Below are positions 19,480 through 31,400 of a stretch of 64,000 nucleotides of DNA, in pieces (within the stretch, counting starts at the first letter, position 1; each line of letters opens with the position of its first letter). Made by a program: the position numbers and the translations under genes. Origin of the DNA: a virus; IMG/VR virus record IMGVR_UViG_3300025601_000016, positions 6,867 to 70,866 of that record. One strand, 5' to 3'. Below the pieces are notes generated by a model. That model was not told the DNA's origin, searched no databases, and saw only the letters and a list, made by a program, of their open reading frames with translations.

Positions 19480-22400
19480 ATGAGCGATAATGTTCTTAGA
19501 AAGCAGCTACAACTGCTTGGTGAGGAATCCTTAAAAAACGCTACAGAGCCTACAAGGCCCTCTTACCAACCCCTATCTGTGCGACAAGCAATAATAGGCA
19601 TAGGTCCTCAAGAAGAGTATCAGCTCGATCGCAATGCTCTTACGGGAACTGAGTTTAGACGCAAATACGGCGAAGTCCTCTATAAAAGAGACTATGAGTC
19701 TTATGCTCCTGGATCAAATAAAGGTCCTTATTCGGATGCAGCACTTGAAGCTCGTAGTCGTACTACTGGTGAACATGTAAATGACGCTAGCCGTCAGGTA
19801 GCCGCAGGAGTAGTTGGCCTTGGTGGAATTATTGCTAACTTTGGTTTGCTGACAGTAAGTGCTTCACAAAACTACAGCCCAATTACTCTTGCCAACAATA
19901 TGACTGGTGTTGTTGAACCAAAAGTAGACTCGAGAGAAGCCAGAGCCAAGACCCAAGAGTTTACTAAAAAAATTCAAGAAGAAATTTTGTCTGGCGAAAC
20001 TGCTTCAATGAAAGCAAAGACAGATGTAGCGCAAAGACAAAGAGACATATTGTTTGCGGACTCTGAATATAAATACGAACAAACAAAAGCAGCCAGAGAT
20101 CCTAATGACAAAATAGGTCAGTTTTTTGATGCAGTAGGTAAATTTGGTCGCGATTCTGCTATTGAAGCAGCAGTACTTGACAATAATCCATCCGTAAAAG
20201 GCAAGCTTGTAGCAGAGGCAATAGGTTCTACGGGACCTGCTCTTTTGGTTACAGGCGGTACGTCTGCTCTTGGTTCCAGACTTCTTGCCGCAACCACCCT
20301 GAAAGCAGGGACTAAAGAGGTTGCTAAACGAGGAATTACATCGTCGACTATTGGTCTTATAGAAGGCCAGGGTGCTTACAATGGAGCAATTGCTGAAGTA
20401 AACGCAATGACTCATGAGCAGCTCATGAAGTCTCCTGATTACAAAGCCCTTATTGATGCTGGTTGGTCTGAAAAAGACGCTAAGATTTATATTGCAGATA
20501 AAGCTGGTGTTAGAGCACAGCTTATACAAACAGCTCTGGGTACTGCTGCAGGCTATGGTGTTGCAAAATTTGAAGCAGCACCTTTCAGTAGAGCAGTCAC
20601 TGCCAAAAATATTAAAACAGTTGCTTCTCAAACAATCGAAGAAACATGGCAGGGTGCCACGGGTCAACTATCCTCTAACCTAGGTATAAGAGAATACGCA
20701 GATCCTAACAAAAACCTTACGGCTGGTGTTGGTCAAGCAGCTACACAAGGTTGGATAGGCGGTATGTGGTCAACACAGATCATTACTGCTCCGCCTTTGC
20801 TTGCTCACGCAGTCGGCAAAGTTGCTAATAAAACAGGATCTATTGCAAAGTACGGCATTGCAATTCTAGCTGATAAGCAAAGAGCCAGAATGGAGCAAAG
20901 AGGTCCTCTTGGCGATAAGGCTATTCAGGAAAGCATCACTATTTTTGATGACATTGTCACTAAAGCAAACGGCATAGCTGTAGACAGTCAAGAGATTCTC
21001 GCCGCTGAGCCAGGTAGCATTGAACCTGCAGCTTTGGACGAGCTTCTAGCAAATCTAGAGCAGGTCAAACAAATTCCAGATGTCTTTATTGACACTGAAT
21101 CTGACGTTTATAAAGCACGCACAGAAAAATTCAGTGACGATGTTATCCCTGGTTCCAGACTGGCTACACTCCAGAATGTCCTAAAAAAACTCGTTGCTGA
21201 TCCTAAAAGCAAAGACGCGTATAAAGACAGTGATCAACTGATTGCTGCATCTGAATTTGCTGTCGAAGAATGGGCTGCAGTTCAGGAGTTCAGAGATACT
21301 GTGCCTGACTTTGATCTAGAAGCTGCGGCAACTGTTGAACCAAATACCGCAAAGCCTGAGCCCACAATGGCTCAAGTAGCTAAGATGACTCTGGATAATC
21401 TTTTGCAAGGACGTGCCTTTGTTCAAGGCATTGAAAAAGCAAATGAAGTCCTTAACACATCTAACAAAACGAGCGCCACGGTTCGTGATGTTATGGAAAA
21501 CCCTGTTGGCACCAAAACAGAGAGACTGAACAACACAGACACCTCTAAGTTTACGCCAATTCAGCTCAAAGCACTTGAAGTTGCTAAGGCTGCACAAGCG
21601 CCTGGTGAGTCAAAAACAGGAGCTACACAGAAAAGCCTGGAGCAAACCGATAATACTACGGAAGAAGTCAGAAAACAGCTTCTTTTCCAACCTACCAGTC
21701 AGCCGTATCGTGAAGTACCTTCTGTTAATAAGCTTTTGTCCATCATATTCAAAGGTGCTGAAAGAGCGTCTAGAGCTTCTGATGGTGAAGCTAAGTCTGA
21801 AGGTATAGAGTCTTCAGTTGCGGCAGAGCGTTTGCAGAATCTGGTTCAAAACCAAATCAACAAAGTAAATGCTGGATTTGAGTCAGAGATATTTATTCCA
21901 CTTAATCCTGGAAAAGACGGTAACATAAAATACGAAACTCTTCGTCAGGATGGCGGTGGCTTTTCGACAAAAGAAGACGGCAATGCTATTTATGTTAACC
22001 CTAAAAATGCAAGTTCTTTAGAAACGTTTCGTCGTGTCATTGATGATACGAACACAGGCATTCGCGTGTTTAATGAAGCTTTGAAACAGTTTCCTGAGCT
22101 GTTCCCAGAAGGCACAAAACCATTCACGGAAATAGCTGCAAGATCTGCTCCGGAGGTTTCTACAAAAGATGTCCCTAAGAAATCTAAAGATAAAAAAGCC
22201 AGTCAAGAAACCGCTGATCGGAACAATACCGATGATGGCAGGGATAGTTCTGTTCCTGGTTCCACTGCTGCTTCTGTTGCTAAAGACAATCTCACCAAGG
22301 TAGGTTCAGATGTTCTGAGTCTTGATGAGCTGTTTGGTGATCAGCCTCTTACGACTATAGAACAAGCTCTTGATTACCTGTCGTCGCTTAAAAATCTGAC

Positions 22401-25400
22401 AGCTACTCAAAAACAAATCAAACTTCTCATTGAGAAGAGTGCTGTATTCAAGCTGAATCCAGACATCAAAGTCAGACAGGGTACTTCAGCAGAGGCTGTC
22501 TCCAAATCAGATGGTTGGTTTGACCCAGCTAAAAATGAGATCGTTGTATTCAATGACTCTATTTCTGATTTGCTGCATGAGATGTTTCATGCTGTCACAT
22601 TAGAGGTTTTGAATCAAAACCTTCTTAAAGTGGAAGCACAAGGAGAAGCTCGTACAGACGCTGAGAAAGCTGCTCAAGAGCTTTGGAACTCTGCTCGAGG
22701 CTTTCTCGCTTTGGAACCAGAAAACGCTACCATGGAGCGCGTCCAAGCTATTATGGATGCATTGATTGATGACAACGAAGACCGCGGCGGTATTCAAGGA
22801 TACGTGTACGCAATCAATGAGTACATGTCTTATGGTCTGACTAAAAAAGAAGTGTCAGATCTTAAAACCGAAAACGAGTATGCACGTCCTTCAATTGCTG
22901 CGGCCGTTAAAGTCTTCATTAAACGTATGTTCAATGTAGGCCCTAGTTCTTCTATTTTTGATGAAGTCTATATGCGGTCAAGCATTCTGGCTCTTGATGA
23001 GACAACCGCCAAAGCTATTCAAAAAATCAAAAACAAGGCTGCTAAAAAAGAAGCCAAGAAAGCACCAAAAAAAGACCCTATCCCTGTTGAGACAGCGGCA
23101 CCGATTGAGGAAGCCACGCAGCCGAAGGCTGACGTGGCTGACGAAGTTGCCGCGGTGGATTCTGCTTATATCACCCAGAGTGAATCTGCTGTTGCTGCTG
23201 TCAAGGAAGCACGAGATAAGACTCGTGAATTGCTAAGTAAGCTTAATTTCAAGTTTGAAGATACTTCTGACGTTAGTCTTTTGAATCTTGAGCGTATTGC
23301 CAGTAAATACATTACAGGTCTTCATAACGATGACCCAGTATTTTTGGATGAAGCTTCCAGAGCTCTTTCGTATGCGCTTTACACAGACATAAATGAATCT
23401 GTGAAGGTTAAGATCCCACGATCTGTAATCGAGACATCTCTTCGTAGCTGGCTTGAGACCGGAACTCCTCCGAAAATCGACAAAACAGTTTGGACTGCCA
23501 TTATCAATTCACTGAATAAATTGATGTCATTTTTCAGTGGCAAAGAGTTTGTTAACATTGAACGCGCACTTGCAGACACAATTACAGGAATCACTACAAG
23601 CCGCGATTATTCTTTCAAACCCCAGGCTGGGTTTGAGAAACTAGTCTTCCAAAAAGAGATGGGTAACAATCCTCTTGCAGTTCAAGTACTCACATCTTTG
23701 ATCAAATCAGGGCTGAATTTTACTCTTACTGGCTCTGTGGCGTATGCAGACCAAGTTCCTATATACCGTAAAGCAAACAGCCCGCTGCATGATGTAGATC
23801 TGCTTTTTAAACCTGATGATGTGGATGCAGCATTTGAATGGTTTTCAAACGGAGACCCCGAAAATTGGGGTGATGCCAAGACACTTTATACATTTACTCC
23901 AGGTGGAGTTAAAGTCATAGGTCTTGCGGTTGTGCCTGCTGGGTATGAAATTAGAAACGTTAGCTCTACTTGGAATGTTAAGGCAAACAATCCTCAGCGT
24001 AGTTATGATGTGCATGACAAAAAAACAGGCGAAAAAGTAGGCAGCTACTTTTTTCTTCGTGGATCCAAAGAAACATTTGAAGGTATCGCAGGTATTACTA
24101 TTGATTTGATTGCAGAGGTTAGAGAGTCAAAAATACCTCAGACATTTAATCATAACGGGAAATCATTCACTATAGACGTCTCTAGTTACGTTGGTGGCTT
24201 TGCTGCTAAGCTGAGTATGCTCCGTCCTAAAGACGTAGTTGATTTTAAAGCTGTGGTTCCTCCTGTTAGACAGGTTATCAGTGATACAACCGAAGAAACA
24301 AAACCAACTGCTGTCAAAAAAGATGAACCAAAGTTTAAAAGCCAAAAGCGCGCTTTTATTGCAAAACACGAAGCTATGGAAAAGTTGCTTAATAGGCAGA
24401 AAAACAGAACTGATCTGAGCGATAAAGGTAAAGAAAAGCTTAAAGCAGATCTGCTTGTTTTAGCTGAAAACAAAGTTCTTTACGAAGCATACAAAGCTGA
24501 TCTTGAAATGGGCACAGACACTCAGCCTGTTGATCCAGTAGTTACTAATACAACAACACCATCTGCTAAAGCCGTTACGCCAACAATCGTTAAAAAAGAC
24601 GAACCAAAATTTAAAACCCAAAAGCGCATTAGCCGTGCAGATCTAAAAACCAATCCAGATACTTTGTATTTGTTTGGTGATAACGACCAAGGCAAAGGGT
24701 TAGGTGGACAAGCAAAAGAGATGCGGGGCGAGCCTAATGCTGTAGGTATACGCACCAAGAACTCTCCTTCTACAAAACCTGAAGCATTTTGGTCTGACGA
24801 TACTTACGAACAAAACAAAGAGAAGCTCAATGAGGATTTTCAGCGTGTTGTAGATCATATTAAAAATGGGGGCAAAGTTGTCATCCCTCAAGATGGTCTT
24901 GGCACAGGGTTGTCTGATCTATCTAATAAAGCACCTAAAACACTGGCGTACATAGAAGCTGTTCTTGTTCGCCTAGAGGCTTTGAGTCAAGGTGCTGTTC
25001 CTAAAGCAGCGCCAACAGTTTCTACAACTAAATTGAATTCTGCAAAAAGCAGAAAAGATTTACGCTTTGGAGTCACTCGTTTAAGAGACGCTGAAGGCGA
25101 GCTTTCAAACAATTATACAGTCGAATTTAATCCTGAATGGACTGCTCGTATTGAGAAGCTTATTGCAGATGACCAAGATCCTTTTGGTTCAAATTCTTAT
25201 CTAAACAGTTTTCTCAATAAAGAGGTTTTTGCTCTTTTTGAAAAAGGGAACACTAATTCTATAGACCCAAGCGGTGGTGAATTTTTTAATGGTAAATTTC
25301 ATTTTACTACAAACTGGAATTCCTCAGACGCCAGTATTCAAGAAGAATATTTCAATCCGTCTCCTGATAATCTAGATTTCTTCAAAGAGGGTACTTCACC

Positions 25401-28400
25401 TAATAATACGATGGAGACTCCAAACGAATCTATTTCTTCTCAAGAAGAAAGAATGGATCAGCTTGGAGATCAGGTTCTCAAAGCTGAGTTTGAGATCATT
25501 CCTGGTGAAGAGAATACGTATGTTGCTACGTTTAAAGACAAACAGCTTACTCGAAAATTTGAGGATGCAGATCAATATACTGCAAGTGTTATGGCAGCGA
25601 ATAAAGATCTTCGTAATCATTTCGAATCAGTAGTCTTGTCTGCATTCGATGAAAGGATTGCGGAGCTTTTCCCAGAAAACACTCAATTTGATGAGCTAGA
25701 ATGGGGTGGAGATTCTTTTACTTTTTACGCAGATCAGCAGCCGTTGATTAAAGCAGCGCCTACCGAGGATGTCGCGCCGACATCCGAGGCTGCTGCGTCA
25801 ACGCAAGAATTCACTAACAACAACCCTCCTCCTCTTGACAGTGATCCTAGAGATCAACAGTCGCCTGCCCAGGCTACGCCTGAGCCGGCTCCTGTTGAAC
25901 AAATTGCCATAGAAGCCAACGAAGAAGATCTGGCAGCTTTGGCAGAACAGGCTGCGGCTGACTTTAAAAGACATCAAACCTCTCTTGAGGAAGATGCCAA
26001 GATTGTTGAAAACGAAGAAGAGCAGGCTAAAAAAGAGCGCCCTCCAGCTCTTGATTATCTTAATGATACTCTTGTCAAAGACATTGATGGTAATTCACCA
26101 TTTACAACTGCATACGAAGTACGTCCTATTCTCCAGCCAGGAGAAGACGTTATAGATTTAGTCAACACAACTGACTACGAATACAAAGTTGATGATCTGG
26201 TTGTTAAAAGCCTCAGAGCAACAATGAGGAATTTGGAAGAGGTTGCTGAAAACGTTCAGAAACGTCTTTTAGATCCAGAAAATAAGCTGAATCAACCCTA
26301 TAGTGGGAAGATACAATCAACGTATTTTGATCTGCTTAGACAAAACCAAGAAGGAACTATTGACGAGAACAGTAGAGATGTTCTTAATCTTCCTATTGGT
26401 AGAGCCCTCTCTATCATAGAAGCAGAAAGCGTAGACGCTCCTCGCTATGATGAGCATCTTTTGAGACTAGCTACATTGGCTGTTCTTGATTACCTCATGA
26501 ACAATTCTCGTTCAGGCGGAATCTACAAAAATAAAGACATCATTGACGTTCTTAACCTAGATCAGAACGATCAGATCACAGGCGTAATGCGGGAAGTTGC
26601 CAATCACGGTCGTGGTATGGGTGACGTCATTGAAAGCGTAGGCTTGGCTATCAGAGAGTTCTGGGGAGCAGCTCCTGTTAAAGGAGTGTCTACAACTCAA
26701 ATCAAAGGAATTTCAGAAGGCATTGCCGCTGAGATTCTTGATGTCATGAACACAATGAGTGATCCTGCTGATCTTGAGACTATGTGGGTTAGTAGAAAGT
26801 CTACTGAAGTAAGAAGAGACGGCCGTGATAACCAAACGTTTATCACTTATAAAATAGGCCCTGCTTTTGAAAAGCTATTTGGTTCTTCAAAAACGATTCT
26901 TCGTGACACACTAATTACTCCAAGAAGCGAAACAATCGAGTCGCAAATAGGTAAGCGTTTCACTGTAAGTGAAATGCAAAATACGCTGAAAAAAGATAAG
27001 AGAGTAATGCTCTCTGATGAAAAATGGCGTTCAGGTAAAGTCCAAATGGATACGCCATATGGCGTCTCAACTGCCATGACTAGAATTATGAATACCCTTG
27101 GTAAAGAGGGTATGAAAAAAGCTCTTGGTTATGTGGATCTTTCAGACCCAGATAAGTTCTGGAATAGCGAACACAAAGCTTCAATAGAAGGCCGCAACCT
27201 TAGTATTGAGTATGCGATCGACAACACAATTGATTTTGGTAAGCGCGTTGCTGAATGGGCAGAAAAAAACAACAAGACTGTTGAAGAAGCTGAAATCTTT
27301 TTCAAGATTAAGATTTCAACAAACGGTCGTTACTATCAGCAAGGGTTCAATCCACAGAACGACAAGCTTGCTCGGGAGATGTTTGCAGCATCCAGAACAA
27401 AGGTTGATCTCACAGACCCAGAAGCATTGCTCTTCCTTAAAACTGCTGTTTTGCAGGCATGGGACAACGGTTATAAAATCGAAGACCTTGGCCCAATTGC
27501 GTCAGCTGCAGTTGTAGATAAGCTTTTGAACGGCGAGACAATTATTGATGAAGCAGGTAACACTGTAGTCACGCCAGGTATTTTGAGAGCTGTTGTTAAT
27601 TCTTTAAAAGTAAACGGACCTGAGACAGCTAACGCTATTGTTAAATTTACTGCCAGTAAAGACGTAGAGCAATCAGCAAGATTGCTTAAAGCTCTGGATC
27701 TGCTTGCTCAAGTCGAGTTGGCGCAAGAACAAGGCCTAACTGAGCTTACTACAGATCTGCCTTTGGAGATTGACGGTAAAACTAACGGTCCAGGTACGAA
27801 TGCTGTTCAGAATATCATTGAAAGATTTACTGTTGCTGAAATGGAAATGAAAAGAAGAATCGGTCTCTTTCATGGGGCAGGTTCTACAGATCCACAGGAC
27901 ATTCAGACATACACAAAGTTTAGAACACAGCATCAAAACAAAGGTCCTTCTGCAGATCTTTACATGGCAGTTGGTGAGACGATGTCTCACACAGTCATGG
28001 ATCTGCGTAAGAGACTTATTGAAAACGTAGGCGAAGGTCGTACTGCAGCCAATCCTATTACTTCTAAGAATGCTGTTAAAGCTCTTGATACTATTCTTGA
28101 GTTGTTTGCTGAAGTCGGTGATGTGGTTATCAATCCGCCAAAAGACGCAAACACCCCTGGAAGCATCTCCATTAAGCGCGCAGGTACCAAGCAACCCATC
28201 ACAGCTTCTTTGTATGGTTCTGGTGCTGCAGCCATTGCTGCGAGCCTTCTAAACGCTCTTAACCAAGTGATAGCAGCTGAGATCACTGACAGCATGGCCA
28301 CGGGTAAAACTGACCGTATTAGGTCTATGGCTCAAAAAATAGATCTTCTTAGTAGTATTCGCGTCAAAGAATTTGAAGGTTCATACACTGCTTACGATTC

Positions 28401-31400
28401 GCAGAATATGAACGTCACTAACAAAATCATGACGCTTAACAAAATTATTGCTCAGTTTGATAACTCAAATAAGCCTACTAAAGAACGTCAAGAACAAATC
28501 AAAAAGTATCTTGCTATTTATAAGATGCAAAATGTTCAGTTTCATAGACTGAGAGATAACATAGCTGCTCTCTATGTTTTGCCGTTTAAAGAAGCTCTTT
28601 CTATGAATGTCGGCAGATCAGTAGCTGTAGCCAACAATGCTCTTTCTAAAGCTGCAGGCCATCACGGAGATCTTTACGCAAGAATTGTTAATGATCAGTT
28701 GTTTGAATTGGTTCGTGTTCAGAGAATTCCTATTAATGAAAGAACCAAAGAAGAGCTGAAGATAGACAGCACTAACTTTTTGCGTAAAAATGAAGAACTC
28801 TCTGTTGAAAGCTTTAATAAAGTTTTGGATAAAAACAGAAAATTTGCGCCTATCATAGACATGGGTGCGACTGTTTTTGATCTATCCAGCAAAGATAGTG
28901 AAACTACTACTGATGTAAAAGACAGACGAAAGCAGGCCCTGGAGTATAACAAAAAAGCACAAGAAGAAGGTGCACCATTTAGAGAAGCTGAGCCTAGCTT
29001 TACACCTAACGTTCAAATGCAAAACAAAATGACGCCTTTCTCTAGAAGGCCTACTGTTGCAGGTGCTGGTGTTAAGATTTTGTCTTATCTTACCATTGCC
29101 GGCGCTGACGTTTTTCTTATGAATGGCGCTTTTAATGACCCACGTTTTCCTTCAGGAATTCTCGCAGTACATGACGGCGCAGAAGTAGGTATTGATCCTG
29201 CAAAATTGAAAATAGCGTCTCAAGTAATAAACGAGGTTATTTGGAATTCATGGCAGACTAACACTATTGAATCTGTGCTTGCTGATCTAAAAAATCTTGA
29301 AGAGCTCGATTCTCAACTTAGAGAGCTTGGTGCTTATGGAATGATGACTGCTGGTAAGAGACCACAGCCTCTTATGGCAGCAATTGAAAGAGCCAAAGCT
29401 GATCTTCAGGGCATGGCAAATATGAGAGAAGCTCGTATCATAGCCATGGATAAGGTTGCTGCTACAGTAGACGGTGGCCCTGGTGTAGGCGCTCCTTATG
29501 TAAAAGAAGGCAAGGAATTCGGCGTAGGCGAAGACCAAAAAATGGTCGACTACCTTAATGAAGAACTTGATTCTGCTCTTGAGATGATTGAAGCAGCCCA
29601 AGACTTTAATGCTACAGAAAGAGCAGAAGGCAAATTCCTTGAAACTTTTGAAAAAGAGGCTGTAAACGGATCTCAATTCAGAAAGTTATTTGAAGCTTCT
29701 GAAGATAAAAGCGCCTCTGCATTTATAGCTATTCTTGGATCTCAAATTAAAGACCCAAGACAACAAGCTACTTTTGATGACATGGTTCAGTCTAGAGCCA
29801 TGAAAGAAATTCTAGCCGCCGGACTTAAAATCAATGTCCAAAAAACAGCCAATAAACCCGGAGAATACTTCAGCAAAGAAAAAGTTCTCAATATAAGAAA
29901 CATGACGGTAGAAACAGCTTTGCATGAACTTGTTCACGCAACTACTGTTTACCAAGTCATGGCTCACTTTGCCGATCGAGAAGGTGACACAAACAAAGAT
30001 CGTGTCATGGCGATTAAACGTCTTGAAAGCCTGATGAATGATTTTCTACTTCGAGACCTGAACCCAGGCAGTGCAGAATTTACAGTTCAAAAACTCCTTC
30101 AAGGTACTTTGGATTTGAATCCTGAGCCTGAAATAGGTCTTTCATTGGCTCTTCTTGAGTTCATGGCTTATTCGCTTAGTAACCAACAGCTGATTAATCG
30201 CGCTGCTAAAACTCAAGCCACTGACGTGATGTCTATTGCTAGAGTAATGGGTGAAAAGGTCATTCAGGCGATGCGTCGCTTGCTTGGATTTACATCCAAT
30301 AAAGTCTTTGATCACATCAGGTTTAATACCAAGATTATTATGCAATCTGGCATTAACAATGTCATTGAAAGCAATCTTCAAAACAGAAACACTGTTCTTG
30401 ATCAGATACTGGATAACGCAGTAGACCTTACGTCTCCTGAAGAAACCAGAAGAATGGAGCTTCAAAGGCTCTTTACTAAGCAAGTAGACGCTTATCTGTC
30501 AGAAAAGAGAGCTAACAATTCTATTCTGGAAAACGACACCAGAATCGCTCAAAGACTTGCTGAGTATTCAAGTGCAGAACTAGAGTCCATGAACGCTCTG
30601 AGTCGTCTTGGAGCAGCTGGGTTCACTATAGAGAGCGCGCAGGACGTGCTTCTGTTTAAGTCTCTTCAGGCCATGTTCTCGATGGATCTCAAGCTAGACA
30701 AGCTAGCTCGTATTGAGGCCCAAAAAATATTTGAAGCTGTCTCAGACAAGCTGTCCCCTGAAAACTTTCTTAATGAGATGGGGACTACAGGCCCTGAGGC
30801 TACTCAAAGCCAGGAACAGCGAGCAGAGAGGATGTATCAAGCCGTTATCGGTTTGCCATTCACTGAAGCTGAGACAGACATTGTCATGAAACCTGGGTCA
30901 GACGGCCGCGGTATGAGCGACAGATTGTCTGTCTTCTTGGCTCTCTCTCAAACCAGTCCTGAATTTAGAAATGTGTTGGGAGCAATTGATTTTGATTCTC
31001 TGAAGCTCAATACAAATAGCTCAGAAACTGGCTTGGATGGTGTTCTCACTAACATCACTGAAAAGACAATCAACACAGTCAATGCAAGAGTCATTGGATC
31101 CAATACAGCAAACCTTTCAACAAAAGTAGGTTTGGATATTCTAGCAGAGCAGTTGCTTCAGTATCGTGCTGAAGCTGCCATGGAAATTGAAAATCAAGGC
31201 TCAGGCTTGCTCAATAAAGCAAACGCTGCTGTCAGAGGCGTACTTGATAAGTATGGTGTAAATGGCGCAATTGATTCTGCTGCTGACTTTTCTACCCAGC
31301 TTTTGAATAACCCTGCTGTTCCAAATTCAATTGTTAACCTGCTTTCAGAAATCCGCGGCATCACAGACGACACAAGACTTGTCTTTGAAAAAGTAAAAAA

